Counted from the first letter of the stretch, positions 29,153 through 40,063 are shown. The stretch is 64,000 nt of DNA from an uncultured Cuneatibacter sp. (GCA_934234215.1 CAKQHB010000003.1:22077-86076), one strand, 5' to 3'. Notes: a model not told the origin generated them from the sequence alone. Numbers and translations: made by a program.

Positions 29153-29776
29153 TTATAAAAACTTTTTGACACCTTCCTGCATGTCTGTGATCAGATCCAT
29201 GCATTCAGAAGTGCGCATACGCTGAGACTGGATCAGGTGGTGAACTTCCTCCACACAGGTCTCCAGATCATCGTTTACAACAAGGTAATCATACTGCTCC
29301 ATAGACCTGGACTCCTCCACAGCACGGCGCAGTCTCGCGCGGATCACCTCGTCAGTCTCAGTGCCTCTTCCCCGCAGGCGGTTCTCCAGCTCATCCGCGG
29401 ATGGCGGCATCAAAAACATCAGGATTGTCTCCGGCAGCTTGTTCCGGATCTGCAAAGCACCCTGCAGTTCGATCTCTAAAATCACATTGCGTCCGGCATC
29501 CATCTGCTCTTTTACATAGGCAGCAGGTGTGCCGTAATAATGATCGACATACTTGGCATGCTCCAGAAAAGCATCCTCTGCGATCATCTGCTCAAATTCT
29601 TCATTTGTCTTGAAAAAATATTCTCTGCCGTCCTGCTCGCCCGGTCTGGGGCTGCGGGAGGTGCAGGAAATCGAGAGCGCATATTCTTCCGGATATTTCT
29701 CCAGAAGGCGCTTCATCACGGTTCCTTTTCCGGCTCCGGAAAAACCGGAGATTACCGTCAGAATCCCTTTACGCTT
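29153..29776 (-). CDS. gmk: Guanylate kinase
   Basis: GILTVISGFSGAGKGTV is a P-loop, followed by GMP-binding motifs. Confidence 0.9.
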   Translation of the reverse strand, partial: KRKGILTVISGFSGAGKGTVMKRLLEKYPEEYALSISCTSRSPRPGEQDGREYFFKTNEEFEQMIAEDAFLEHAKYVDHYYGTPAAYVKEQMDAGRNVILEIELQGALQIRNKLPETILMFLMPPSADELENRLRGRGTETDEVIRARLRRAVEESRSMEQYDYLVVNDDLETCVEEVHHLIQSQRMRTSECMDLITDMQEGVKKFL

Positions 29777-30032
29777 CATCTTTTCCTCCATTCTCTTCCG
29801 AGATCACTCCGGCGCGGGCTGCGATGGTATCCGGTAGAAGTGCGGATAATACGACTGCACCGGAGACGGTCAGGATCGCAGCTTTTGTCTTGCGTCCCTG
29901 AGTTCCGTCCACGACATTGCCGGATTCCTTCGCTTCCTGTACAAGACGCTTGACAGGGGCAGAATCTAACCGGCTGATGGAAACGATCTGATCGGAATTG
30001 ACATAATTACCATATCCAATATTGATAAACAC
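29769..30032 (-). CDS. remA: Extracellular matrix/biofilm regulator RemA (DUF370)
   Basis: MFINIGYGNYVNSDQIVSI...SAPVKRLVQEAKESG closely parallels B. subtilis RemA/YlzA. Confidence 0.85.
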   Translation of the reverse strand: MFINIGYGNYVNSDQIVSISRLDSAPVKRLVQEAKESGNVVDGTQGRKTKAAILTVSGAVVLSALLPDTIAARAGVISEENGGKDEA

Positions 30033-30047
30033 GGGAAACCTCCGGCT

Positions 30048-30929
30048 TTACTCGATGTTCTGGATCTGCTCTCTGACCTTTTCAATCTCAGTCTTCAAAG
30101 AAATACCAAGCTCTGATACCTGCAGATCATTTGCCTTGGAAAGGATCGTGTTTGCCTCACGGTTCATCTCCTGTGCCAGAAAGTCTAACTTACGGCCAAG
30201 ACTTCCGCCGCTCAGCAGGTTGTCTTTCATCATATAGATGTGGCTGTGCAGTCTGACGGTCTCTTCGTCCGTGCAGACCTTATCTGCAAACAGTGTTACC
30301 TCTGCAGCGATTCTGGAATCATCTACCGAAGTATTTTCCAGAAATTCTGTCACTTTTGCAGTGATGCGCTCGCGGTATTCCTGCATTACGCCCGGAGAGC
30401 GGTTCTCAATCTGGTTCACAACTTCTTCCATATGATCCAGCTTACCGACCAGATCCCGCTTGAGATTCTCCCCTTCTTTGATCCGGGTCTGGTTAAAATT
30501 CTCGACTGCGCCGCAAATGCCTTCCTGAAGCATCTGCCACAGTTCTTCTTCATCGTCCTCTTCCTGTTCGATGGTGAGGACTTCCGGCATTCTCGCCAGT
30601 GTGGACGCCCGAAGGTCATTCTCCACGCCCAGTTCCTCCTGCATCCGGCGGAATACAGAAACATATTCCTGTGCCAATGCCGCATTGAATTTCAGTGTGC
30701 CCTGCTCTTCTTTGTAATCTTCACAGTTAATGAATACGTCTACTTTTCCGCGCTCAACACCAAGCTCTTTGATCTTGGCACGAATGGCGGATTCGTATAC
30801 ATTAAACCGGCGGGGCATCTTAATTCCGAGATCGAGATAGCGATGGTTCACAGCCTTCATTTCGACAGTGATCTTTGCATCCTCATTCACGATCTCGCAG
30901 CGGCCAAATCCCGTCATACTTTTTATCAT
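30048..30929 (-). CDS. YicC/YloC-family protein
   Basis: MIKSMTGFGRCE start with conserved C-terminal DUF1732 region. Conserved synteny yicC-remA-gmk-rpoZ. Confidence 0.85.
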   Translation of the reverse strand: MIKSMTGFGRCEIVNEDAKITVEMKAVNHRYLDLGIKMPRRFNVYESAIRAKIKELGVERGKVDVFINCEDYKEEQGTLKFNAALAQEYVSVFRRMQEELGVENDLRASTLARMPEVLTIEQEEDDEEELWQMLQEGICGAVENFNQTRIKEGENLKRDLVGKLDHMEEVVNQIENRSPGVMQEYRERITAKVTEFLENTSVDDSRIAAEVTLFADKVCTDEETVRLHSHIYMMKDNLLSGGSLGRKLDFLAQEMNREANTILSKANDLQVSELGISLKTEIEKVREQIQNIE

Positions 30930-31104
30930 GTTGTTCCTCGTTTCTGCATCTTTCTGGTTCTATCTCTGACCAGAATCTGCTTCATTGTATTATAAAGCAA
31001 TCGGAAGCATTAGTCAATATTTCACTTTCAGTTGCGATTCGAGACAAAAAAAGTTATACTTAGTAACAGTATGATAATTTGAAATTTCACTGAATGGAGA
31101 TAGT

Positions 31105-32871
31105 ATGGCTTTTGATGGATTAACTGTTGCCGCACTGGCACGTGAATTATCGGAACGGCTGACCGGGGGCAGAGTTGCCCGGATCGCACAGCCGGAACCT
31201 GACGCAATTTTTCTGACGATCAAGACAAGGCAGGATACCTGCCGTCTCATGCTTTCCGCGGATGCCAGCCTGCCGCTGTGCTATTTGACGGATCAGAACC
31301 CGCCGAATCCCACGGTGGCACCGAATTTTTGTATGCTGCTGCGCAAGCACATGGGAAACGCCCGCATTTTGTCTGTGACGCAGCCGGGATTGGAGCGTAT
31401 TCTGGATTTTGAGTTGGAGCATCTGAACGAAATGGGCGATCTTTGCCGCAGACACTTGATTCTGGAGCTGATGGGCAAGCATTCGAACCTGATCTTCTGC
31501 AACGAGGATCTGACCATCGTGGACAGCATCAAGCGAATCTCGGCGCAGATGAGTTCTGTAAGAGAAGTGCTTCCGGGTCGTACCTGGTTCATTCCCGATA
31601 CGATGAATAAGTTAGACCCGTGGAAGTTAGATCGGGAGTCTTTTGCCGCGCATCTTCGCACTCTTGCGAGACCGTGTGCAAAGGCGATCTACACTTCTGT
31701 CACCGGATTTTCTCCGCTGATGGCGGAGGAGCTGTGTGCTCAGGCGGATATCGACTCTTCACTTCCGGCAAATACATTATCCGAAGCAGAGGCACTGCAC
31801 CTTGCCGGTCAGGTGTGCCTGCTGATGGAGGATGTGGCAACGGGACAGTTCTCCCCTGCGATTTATTACCGCGGAGACATGCCGGAAGAATTTTCAGTCT
31901 GCCCGTTGAGCTCCCGCCTTGAGGAGGAAAAACAAAACCCGGAGCTGCACCACACGGACTGTGAATCTGTCAGTCAGATGCTCTCTGTCTACTATGAGGA
32001 GCGCAACCGCATGACCCGCAGCCGCCAGAAGACCGCGGATCTGCGCAAAGTCATTCAGACCCATCTGGAGCGCAGTCTCAAAAAGTACGATCTGCAGCAG
32101 CGGCAGTTAAAAGACACCGAAAAGCGGGAAAAGTATCGTCTGTACGGAGAGCTGCTGCACACCTACGGCTATTCTGTGCCGGCAGGTGCCAAGAGCACGG
32201 TTGTGACAAACTACTATGACAATACCGAACTGACGATTCCGCTGGATGAGACATTGTCTGCAACAGACAATGCCAAGCGCTACTTCGAGAAATATAACAA
32301 GCAGAAACGTACTTACGAAGCATTGACAACGCAGATAGAGGAGACGCAGTCCGAGATTGAACATTTGCAGTCCATTGCAGCTGCACTGTCGATGCCACTG
32401 GAGCAGGAAGACCTGACTGAGATCCGTCAGGAGATGGTGCAGTACGGCTATCTGAAAAAAGCGCCGGTGTCCGGTAAGAAGGGCAAAATCAAGATTACCA
32501 GTAAGCCGCATCACTACATTTCTTCCGACGGTTTTCATATGTATGTAGGCAAAAACAATTTCCAGAACGATGCGCTGACGTTCCACTTTGCAGAGAACAA
32601 TGACATGTGGTTTCATGCCAAAAAACGTCCCGGCTCTCATGTGATCGTTCGAACTGAGGGAAAGGAATTGCCGGATCGCACTTACGAGGAGGCGGGACAG
32701 TTAGCTGCTTATTATTCCTCCGGCAGAGATGCAGATAAGGTAGAGATCGACTACGTTGAGAAAAAGCAGGTCAAGAAACCGGCAGGCGGGAAGCCCGGCT
32801 TTGTCATTTACCACACGAACTACTCTCTCATGGCAAAACCGGATATTTCCGGATTGAAAGAGATCATATAA
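31105..32871 (+). CDS. rqcH: Ribosome quality control protein RqcH (NFACT / fibronectin-binding protein A-like)
   Basis: N-terminal NFACT-N, coiled coil and C-terminal NFACT-R (DUF814) motifs. About 590 aa. Confidence 0.85.
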   Translation: MAFDGLTVAALARELSERLTGGRVARIAQPEPDAIFLTIKTRQDTCRLMLSADASLPLCYLTDQNPPNPTVAPNFCMLLRKHMGNARILSVTQPGLERILDFELEHLNEMGDLCRRHLILELMGKHSNLIFCNEDLTIVDSIKRISAQMSSVREVLPGRTWFIPDTMNKLDPWKLDRESFAAHLRTLARPCAKAIYTSVTGFSPLMAEELCAQADIDSSLPANTLSEAEALHLAGQVCLLMEDVATGQFSPAIYYRGDMPEEFSVCPLSSRLEEEKQNPELHHTDCESVSQMLSVYYEERNRMTRSRQKTADLRKVIQTHLERSLKKYDLQQRQLKDTEKREKYRLYGELLHTYGYSVPAGAKSTVVTNYYDNTELTIPLDETLSATDNAKRYFEKYNKQKRTYEALTTQIEETQSEIEHLQSIAAALSMPLEQEDLTEIRQEMVQYGYLKKAPVSGKKGKIKITSKPHHYISSDGFHMYVGKNNFQNDALTFHFAENNDMWFHAKKRPGSHVIVRTEGKELPDRTYEEAGQLAAYYSSGRDADKVEIDYVEKKQVKKPAGGKPGFVIYHTNYSLMAKPDISGLKEII

Positions 32872-32952
32872 TTTCTTTTCAGATGACAAACAGGGCTTTC
32901 ACTTTGCAAACGGTGCATCGCGAAAGCCCTGTTATTATGTTGAAAAAAGCTT

Positions 32953-33198
32953 TTACCGAATCTCTTTTCGCATCAGATAAATACATCCGCCGAAAAATCC
33001 GATGCCAACCATGCAATATCCCGGCATAATCCACATGGCATCATTCCAGGTTCCGAATCCGGAAATAAGTCCGTTCCCAATCCACATGATCACATACGGA
33101 ACAACAAGCCATAACAGACAATTTACAACTAAAAAGCACGCAATCTTCCACTTCGGATTCCAATCTTTTACTTCCAGTACATTCCAGAATTTCGACAT
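32953..33198 (-). CDS. Hypothetical small 2-TM membrane protein
   Basis: MSKFWNVLEVKDWNPKWKIACFLVVNCLLWLVV... with AAAGGAG RBS. Start refined by hand. Confidence 0.45.
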   Translation of the reverse strand: MSKFWNVLEVKDWNPKWKIACFLVVNCLLWLVVPYVIMWIGNGLISGFGTWNDAMWIMPGYCMVGIGFFGGCIYLMRKEIR

Positions 33199-33261
33199 AT
33201 CCCCCATCTCCTTTTCTATGCACAAGTATAGAGATGGATTGTAAAAAAGAAACGGAAACTC

Positions 33262-33300
33262 ATGTAAAGTTTCCGTTAAATCTTTTTTTCTATTTTCCTT
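33262..33300. terminator. Bidirectional hairpin terminator (aacggaaact...agtttccgtt flanked by A- and T-tracts) downstream of phoR
   Basis: Perfect 10-bp stem with T-tract on both strands. Confidence 0.6.
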
Positions 33301-34975
33301 GATTCGAGTCGCTGGGGAAAATCAGAGTGATTGTGGTGCCCTGTCCTACCGTGCTGTGCACGCGGATCTGTGCATCGTGCAGTTGTGCGCCGTGCTTTAC
33401 AATGGACAATCCAAGACCAGTACCGCCAAGTTCTTTGGAATGACTCTTTTCCACCCGATAGAATCGCTCGAAGATTCGCTCCCGATGCTCATAAGGAATC
33501 CCGACACCAGTATCCTGCACCGAAAGGCAGATGCCCTCTTCGGTCTTCTGGATCCTTACTGCGAGAGAACCCTGTTCTTTGTTATATTTGATTGCGTTGT
33601 CACAGAGGTTAAATACCATATCATCCAGAACCTGTCTCTGACCGAGTACCGATTCATGGTCTCCAGAAAGTTCCATGTGAATGTCACGCTTTTCTGCCTG
33701 CGGCTGCAGTCTGGATAAGATCTGCTCAGACAGAGAGTACAGATCCACCGATTCCTTCTCCGGGAGATCTACATCCTCATCGAGACGGGAAATTTTCAAA
33801 ATGTCATTTACCAGTGTCAGAAGGCGCATCGCTTCTTCATGAATTTTTCCTGCGAAGCGACTGATATCCTCTTCTTTGACAATACCGGCCTCGATAATCT
33901 CCGCATACCCGGAAATCGACGTCAGTGGTGTCTTCAATTCATGGGAGACATTGGCGGTAAATTCCCGACGCATTGCTTCCTGCTCCATCCGCTCCGTCAC
34001 ATCCATCAGCAAAATAACAGCGCCGACAATCTGATCATGTTGGCGAACGGGATTTGCAAGGAACTGATACTGCCGCTCTTTGTACTGAAAGATCGTCTGA
34101 CTATGGCGACCGGCCAGTGCCTTTTCCAGCACTCCACGAAAACCGCTGCTGCGGTTGATTGCCAAAACGGTCTCATGTTCCGGCAGATTTTCGACTCCCA
34201 GCATCCGTTTCGCGCTGCTGTTATAAGAAAGCAGATTCGTGTGGCTGTCCACAATGAGAAAACCTTCACTCATGTTTTCTGTGATGGCCTCGAATTCTCT
34301 GCGCTGTCTCTGCAGCTGCTCTACCTGCTCCTCGATACGGCGGCTCTGGCTCGAAATCTTCGTCAGAAGAGGCGACAACTCCTCGTAAGGCTCAGTGTCT
34401 TCCACATGATCGAGATCGATATCATTGATCGGACGCACTGCCTGCTTCGCAATTCTGCCAGAAAGTACTGCTGCCAGAAAGACCAGAAGTCCCAGAACGC
34501 CGATCAGCGGAAGCAGCAGACGATATAAGAGCTGAAAAACGGAGGTATGGTCTACTGCAATTCGGAGGATCGTGCCATCCTCCAGTTTTCTGGCGTAATA
34601 CTCCGTCTTCACAGAGAGTGTTCCGGAATAACGGCTGGCAAACCCGGTGCCATTTTCAATCGCATCTGCAACTTCTCTTCGATCCAGATGATTGTCCATC
34701 GTGGAGGTATCTGCATAGTTATCAAACAAAACGGTGCCGTCCGCATCGATCCAAGTCACACGATCTACAACACTGCCAGATAAGCGGTTCAGATAAGACT
34801 GCTCATCGTCATTTGCCTGCTCCATCCCCGCGGAGACGAGGAGGCTTTCCTGCCGGAGCTGGTTTTCCACGCTCCGCTCAAAGGAAATATAGTTTAAGGA
34901 AAAGGTCAAAATAACACTAAGTGCGATCATCAGCAGCGATACGAGGATCGTATACTGCATAATTTTTCTTTTCAA
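33290..34975 (-). CDS. phoR: Sensor histidine kinase PhoR-like (TM, PAS, HisKA, HATPase_c)
   Basis: H-box EFTANVSHELKTPLTSI, N/G1/G2 boxes. Adjacent to the OmpR-type regulator and phoU-pst genes. Confidence 0.85.
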   Translation of the reverse strand: MKRKIMQYTILVSLLMIALSVILTFSLNYISFERSVENQLRQESLLVSAGMEQANDDEQSYLNRLSGSVVDRVTWIDADGTVLFDNYADTSTMDNHLDRREVADAIENGTGFASRYSGTLSVKTEYYARKLEDGTILRIAVDHTSVFQLLYRLLLPLIGVLGLLVFLAAVLSGRIAKQAVRPINDIDLDHVEDTEPYEELSPLLTKISSQSRRIEEQVEQLQRQRREFEAITENMSEGFLIVDSHTNLLSYNSSAKRMLGVENLPEHETVLAINRSSGFRGVLEKALAGRHSQTIFQYKERQYQFLANPVRQHDQIVGAVILLMDVTERMEQEAMRREFTANVSHELKTPLTSISGYAEIIEAGIVKEEDISRFAGKIHEEAMRLLTLVNDILKISRLDEDVDLPEKESVDLYSLSEQILSRLQPQAEKRDIHMELSGDHESVLGQRQVLDDMVFNLCDNAIKYNKEQGSLAVRIQKTEEGICLSVQDTGVGIPYEHRERIFERFYRVEKSHSKELGGTGLGLSIVKHGAQLHDAQIRVHSTVGQGTTITLIFPSDSNQGK

Positions 34976-34987
34976 TGTGCCGCCCCC

Positions 34988-35671
34988 TTAGTTGTCTTTC
35001 TCAGAAAAACGGTAGCCGATGCCACGCACAGTCTCGATCAGGTTGCTACAGGCTCCTAACTTCATGCGCAACGTCCGGATATGTACGTCTACCGTTCGGC
35101 TCTCACCGTCAAAATGATAGCCCCAGATTCGATCCAGAATCTGATCTCTCGAAAATACCAGCCCGCGATTTTCCAGAAGAAACGTCAACAGCTCGTATTC
35201 TTTTAAAGTCAGAAGGACTTCCTGTCCCTGAACGGTCACACGGTGTCTGGATTCATCCACGCACAGATCCCCGATCTGAATGCCGGAAGACTCTTTCTGC
35301 ACTGTCGTCTGTGTCCGACGCAGCAATGCCCGGACTCTGGAGACAAGCTCCATCATGCCAAAGGGCTTTGTCATATAATCATCGGCTCCGGAATCGAGAC
35401 CAACGACCTTGTCATACTCCGTGCCTTTTGCAGTCAGCATCATCACGGGAAGTTTCTCGGTGCGGGGATTTGCCCGCAGCTTTTTGAGGATGGACAGACC
35501 GTCTTCCTCCGGCAACATAATGTCCAGTAAAAGCAGTGAAGGCTGTTCCTCCTCCATCGCTTTCCAAAACGCAGAAGGAACCGCAAATCCCTTTGCGGTC
35601 AATCCTGTCTGATTTAAGGTATATATTACAAGTTCTCTGATGCTGTCATCATCTTCCAGACAATAAATCAT
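34988..35671 (-). CDS. phoP: OmpR-family response regulator PhoP/PhoB-like
   Basis: Receiver domain with DD...D...K pattern and winged-helix C-terminus (RTVDVHIRTLRMKL). Confidence 0.85.
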   Translation of the reverse strand: MIYCLEDDDSIRELVIYTLNQTGLTAKGFAVPSAFWKAMEEEQPSLLLLDIMLPEEDGLSILKKLRANPRTEKLPVMMLTAKGTEYDKVVGLDSGADDYMTKPFGMMELVSRVRALLRRTQTTVQKESSGIQIGDLCVDESRHRVTVQGQEVLLTLKEYELLTFLLENRGLVFSRDQILDRIWGYHFDGESRTVDVHIRTLRMKLGACSNLIETVRGIGYRFSEKDN

Positions 35672-35689
35672 CGTCTCATGCCCCTTTGT

Positions 35690-36334
35690 TTACTTTTTTA
35701 CATGTTCACCAGTGATAGAATACTCTACCCATTCTGCGATGTTTACGGCATGATCTCCGATACGTTCCAGATATTTGCTGACCATCAGGACATCCACACC
35801 CATCTCGCCATCGGAATTTTTATCCCGAAGCAGCTCGATCAGGCGGGTCTTGACATCTGCAAAATACTGATCAATCACATCATCCTGGGTCATGACATCT
35901 CGCGCCAAGGAAAGATCCTTCTGAACGAAGGAATCCACACTCGCTGTCACCATGCGGCAGACAGCCTCGCCCATGTCCTGAAGCAGACTGCGGATCTCCG
36001 TTTTTTTGCCAATCAGGTATGGAATAATATCTGCAATATCCGATGCCTGATCCCCGATACGCTCCATATCTGAAATCATCTTCAAGGCAGAAGAAATAAC
36101 ACGCAGATCTTTTGCGACCGGCTGCTGCTGCAGCAAAAGCTTCATACAGAGAGACTCGATCTCACGCTCTTTGTGATCCACTTCTTCTTCCAGTTCATGA
36201 ACAAGGGCGATCTTTTCCATATCGTCATGTTCCAGTGCCGCCATCACGTTCTGAATGGCTTCCTCACAATATGCACCCATCCGGATCAGTTCCAGATTTA
36301 ACTGCTGCAGTTGTTCATCAAATCTTGTTCTCAT
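35690..36334 (-). CDS. phoU: Phosphate signaling complex protein PhoU
   Basis: Two PhoU repeats with conserved E/DxxxD motifs. Confidence 0.9.
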   Translation of the reverse strand: MRTRFDEQLQQLNLELIRMGAYCEEAIQNVMAALEHDDMEKIALVHELEEEVDHKEREIESLCMKLLLQQQPVAKDLRVISSALKMISDMERIGDQASDIADIIPYLIGKKTEIRSLLQDMGEAVCRMVTASVDSFVQKDLSLARDVMTQDDVIDQYFADVKTRLIELLRDKNSDGEMGVDVLMVSKYLERIGDHAVNIAEWVEYSITGEHVKK

Positions 36335-36336
36335 CT

Positions 36337-37086
36337 TTAACCAAACCTTCCTGTGATATAATCTTCGGTTCTCTTGTCTTTCGGCATCGAGAATAACTGT
36401 TCTGTTTCACCATACTCGATCACCTCTCCCAGAAGGAAGAAAGCGGTTTTGTCTGAGATACGCAGAGCCTGCTGCATATTGTGTGTTACAATGATGATAG
36501 TATAATCTTTTTTCAGTTCCAACGCAAGGTCTTCTATTTTCGAGGTGGAAATCGGGTCCAGCGCACTGGTGGGCTCATCCATCAGAAGAACTTCCGGATT
36601 GACTGCCAGAGCTCTTGCAATACACAGACGCTGCTGCTGTCCACCGGACATACCAAGGGCACTCTTTTTCAGACGATCCTTTGTCTCATCCCAAATTGCA
36701 GCATCCCGCAGAGAGCGCTCTACGATGTCGTCCAGCTTTGCCTTGCTGCGGATCCCGTGGGTACGGGGACCAAATGCGATGTTGTCATAAATGCTCATGG
36801 GGAAGGGATTAGGCTTCTGGAATACCATGCCAACCCGCTTGCGCAGCAGATTGACATCCATATCGCCATAAATGTCTTTGCCGTCCAGCTTGACGCTGCC
36901 AGTGATCCGACATCCCTCCACGAGGTCATTCATACGGTTTAAGGATTTCAGCAGGGTAGATTTACCGCAGCCGGAGGGTCCGATAAAAGCCGTAATCTCG
37001 CCTTCTTCCATATTGAGATTGATATTTTTCAGTGCATGGAACTTGTCATAATAAAGATCCAGACCTGAGACTTCAAATTTACTCAT
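36337..37086 (-). CDS. pstB: Phosphate ABC transporter ATP-binding protein PstB
   Basis: Walker [10 protein letters not shown], signature LSGGQQQR and Walker B. Confidence 0.95.
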   Translation of the reverse strand: MSKFEVSGLDLYYDKFHALKNINLNMEEGEITAFIGPSGCGKSTLLKSLNRMNDLVEGCRITGSVKLDGKDIYGDMDVNLLRKRVGMVFQKPNPFPMSIYDNIAFGPRTHGIRSKAKLDDIVERSLRDAAIWDETKDRLKKSALGMSGGQQQRLCIARALAVNPEVLLMDEPTSALDPISTSKIEDLALELKKDYTIIIVTHNMQQALRISDKTAFFLLGEVIEYGETEQLFSMPKDKRTEDYITGRFG

Positions 37087-37130
37087 CCTTTATTTTCTCC
37101 TGTTTCAGTTTCTAACACAATGCGTGTCTA

Positions 37131-38045
37131 TTACTGCGCTGCCTGACCGGACAGCTTCTTTGCAAAGTGGCCGGACAAAGCATTGATGCCGATGACGACA
37201 ACAAGCAGTACAACGGCAACTGCGTAAGGCTTATCGCCGTAGAGACCTTCGGAAAACATGGCGTACATATGCACGGCCAGTGTACGTCCGGGTTTCATCA
37301 GATTGGTTGCAACTGCCGGTTCTGTGCCGGTAACAAAAATCAGTGCAGCCGTCTCACCAACGATACGTCCAATTGCCAGGATCACGCCGGATAAAATACC
37401 GGGCATTGCAGGCGGCAGTACGATCTGAAAGACGGTGCGCAGTCTGCCGGCACCGAGACCGAAGCTGCCTTCGCGGTAAGAATCCGGTACCGATTTCAAA
37501 GCTTCCTCTGTTGTACGCATAATAAGCGGCAGTACCATGATGGCCAGTGTCAGTGCACCACCGATCATGGACAGTCCAAAATGCAGTGTGATCGAGAAAA
37601 ACAGATATCCAAACAGACCATATACAATGGACGGGATACCGGACAATGTTTCAGTGGTCAGCGATACGACCCGGACAAGCTTGCTTCCTTTGGAAGCATA
37701 TTCCACCATATAAATTGCAGCAAAAACTCCGACAGGCACTGCGAGAAGCAGTGTCACTGCAGTCATGATCAATGTGTTCAAGATCGCCGGTGTCATAGAA
37801 GCGTTCTCACTGGTATATTTCCAGGCGAACATATCCAGTGTCAAATTTGGGATTCCCTTAATGAGAATAAAGGCGATGATGGAGACAAGCACCAACACCG
37901 TCAGAATCGCGGAGGCATCCACAAGGATTCGTTCCAGCAGAGAGGTGGGATGCTTGAGATATCCTTTCCATCTTGCTTTTGCGGAGAGCCGGTTGATCGG
38001 CTGTGCGGGAATGTCCGCTTCTTTTTTGGTAGTTGCAATTTCCAT
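37131..38045 (-). CDS. pstA: Phosphate ABC transporter permease PstA
   Basis: Six-TM permease with an EAA-like motif. Operon position. Confidence 0.9.
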   Translation of the reverse strand: MEIATTKKEADIPAQPINRLSAKARWKGYLKHPTSLLERILVDASAILTVLVLVSIIAFILIKGIPNLTLDMFAWKYTSENASMTPAILNTLIMTAVTLLLAVPVGVFAAIYMVEYASKGSKLVRVVSLTTETLSGIPSIVYGLFGYLFFSITLHFGLSMIGGALTLAIMVLPLIMRTTEEALKSVPDSYREGSFGLGAGRLRTVFQIVLPPAMPGILSGVILAIGRIVGETAALIFVTGTEPAVATNLMKPGRTLAVHMYAMFSEGLYGDKPYAVAVVLLVVVIGINALSGHFAKKLSGQAAQ

Positions 38046-38060
38046 GCTTGCTTTCCTTCC

Positions 38061-38957
38061 TTATGCCTGCTCTTTCTTCTTAATCAGAGAGAACAGCAGG
38101 TTGATTATCAAAATAAAGGTGAACAGAACAACAGCGGTTGCAATCAGAGCCTGTCTGTGCAGATCCGTTGCATAGCCCATTTCCAGTACGATATTTGCTG
38201 TCATGGTACGGACACCGGACAGAAGGCTTGTGGGCAGGATCGGCTGGTTTCCGGCAATCATGATAACGGCCATTGTCTCACCGATGGCACGACCAACACC
38301 GAGGATTACAGCTGCGGTGACGCCGGACTTTGCAGCGGGTACAATTACCGCAAAGACGCTTCTCTCATGAGTTGCGCCGAGAGCCAGTGCACCTTCGTAA
38401 TACTGCTCCGGCACTGCTAAGAGGGAAGCTTCGGATACGCTGATGATGGTCGGCAGGATCATGATACCGAGCAGTAAAGATGCGGTCAGAAGACCTTTGC
38501 CGCTGGCATCCGCAAACATGCCGCTGATCATTGGAACAAGTGCTGCCAACCCAAAGAATCCGTATACGATGGATGGAATACCGGCTAACAGGTCTACGAC
38601 CGGCTTTAAGATTTTGTGCACTCTCGGAGACGCAAACCGTGCCAGATAAATTGCACACAGCAGACCGATCGGAACACCGACGAGAATTGCTCCAATTGTG
38701 ACGTAAATACTTCCCACAATCATGGGGAAGATGCCGAACAGGTTATTGCCCGGCATCCATTTCTGTCCCAGTAAAAACTTGACAGGTCCAATTTTCATGA
38801 TCGTGGGGATTCCATTCTGAAAGAGGAAGATGCAGATCAGCAGTACGCTGAGAATGGAGAGGCAGGCAGCGCCTGCGAAGACGATCCGCATCACAAGTTC
38901 CTTTACCTGTGATTTTGATTTCATAGTGAACCCCGCGTCTTTCTTTGTATGTATCAC
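38061..38957 (-). CDS. pstC: Phosphate ABC transporter permease PstC
   Basis: Permease paralog upstream of pstA. Confidence 0.9.
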   Translation of the reverse strand: MIHTKKDAGFTMKSKSQVKELVMRIVFAGAACLSILSVLLICIFLFQNGIPTIMKIGPVKFLLGQKWMPGNNLFGIFPMIVGSIYVTIGAILVGVPIGLLCAIYLARFASPRVHKILKPVVDLLAGIPSIVYGFFGLAALVPMISGMFADASGKGLLTASLLLGIMILPTIISVSEASLLAVPEQYYEGALALGATHERSVFAVIVPAAKSGVTAAVILGVGRAIGETMAVIMIAGNQPILPTSLLSGVRTMTANIVLEMGYATDLHRQALIATAVVLFTFILIINLLFSLIKKKEQA

Positions 38958-39931
38958 TTACCGATTTCGTCCCACTTTGTCAGCTCGCCGGTGTAGATAC
39001 CGAGAACTTCGTCAGAAGTGATGTTGGTCAGAGGGTTTGCAGGATTTACGATAACTGCGATACCGTCCATTGCAATGACGGTTCCTTCAACACCCTGCTC
39101 GGTCTCACTGTCCTTCAGCTCTCTGGATGCCATACCGATATCAAAGATGCCTTCTACAGTAGAGGTAACACCGGTACTGGAGTCAGACTGCTGAACACTT
39201 ACTTCTACGTTCGGGTTTGCTGCTGCGTATGCTTCCTTCAGCTTTTCCATAACAGGTGTTACAGAAGAAGAACCACCTACGGAAACGGTACCGCTTACAT
39301 CAGCTGCCTCGTAAGCAGGAGCATCGCCAACAGATACATAACCATTGTCTTCTACAACCTTCTGACCTTCTTCACTCATGATGAAGTTGATGAAATCCTG
39401 AGCCGCGTCAGATACATCGCCGATTCTGGTTACGATATTGAAAGGTCTTGCTACGGAATAAGAACCATCCTTTACATTCTCAGCGGTTGCATCCACACCG
39501 TCAACCTGCAGAGCCTTTACCTGCTTCTCATCCAGAGAACCAAGGGATACATAACCGATGGACTTCTCATTGCCTGCGATGGTGGTCATCATAACGGAAG
39601 TGCTGTTTGTGATTTCTGCGGTCTGAACCGTCATATCAACCTTCTCGCCAGCATCGTTCTTCTGCTCGATACCGAACAGCTCGATGAATGCGCCTCTTGT
39701 ACCGGAACCATCTTCACGGGTCAGAACGTAGATGTTACCATCCAGGCTGCCGGTTGTATCTGCCTCACTGTTGTTATCTGCAGCGGATTCGGTCTTTGCC
39801 TCAGTACCTGCTGTGCTGCCCTGCGTATCAGGAGTGCCCTGATCTTTATTTCCGCAAGCTGCCAGTCCAAGACCTGCTACCATCATTGTTGCCAGTAAAA
39901 CTGCTAATTTCTTTTTCATTTTCTCCTCCAT
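38954..39931 (-). CDS. pstS: Phosphate-binding lipoprotein PstS
   Basis: Lipobox LAAC and PBP superfamily. First gene of the pst operon. Confidence 0.9.
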   Translation of the reverse strand: MEEKMKKKLAVLLATMMVAGLGLAACGNKDQGTPDTQGSTAGTEAKTESAADNNSEADTTGSLDGNIYVLTREDGSGTRGAFIELFGIEQKNDAGEKVDMTVQTAEITNSTSVMMTTIAGNEKSIGYVSLGSLDEKQVKALQVDGVDATAENVKDGSYSVARPFNIVTRIGDVSDAAQDFINFIMSEEGQKVVEDNGYVSVGDAPAYEAADVSGTVSVGGSSSVTPVMEKLKEAYAAANPNVEVSVQQSDSSTGVTSTVEGIFDIGMASRELKDSETEQGVEGTVIAMDGIAVIVNPANPLTNITSDEVLGIYTGELTKWDEIGK

Positions 39932-40063
39932 AGCCGGGCTTGCTATCTTCTTTGTTTCAGCCCTGTTCTTGTTTACAGCAATGAGTATAAGGAAGAGACG
40001 TAAAGTTCAAAATAGTGCTTCTGTAAAGTTTTTGTAAAAGAATTGCAGGAAAGTAAAAACATA

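Noticed and set aside
38945-39898. 317-aa plus-strand ORF, with similar ones at 37581-38420, 45850-46722, 30240-30995, 33839-34528, 57119-57928 and 62798-63796
   Set aside because: All lie antisense to well-supported genes (pstS, pstA/C, the helicase, yicC, phoR, GH73, purD) and encode Cys/Arg-rich sequences with no motifs.
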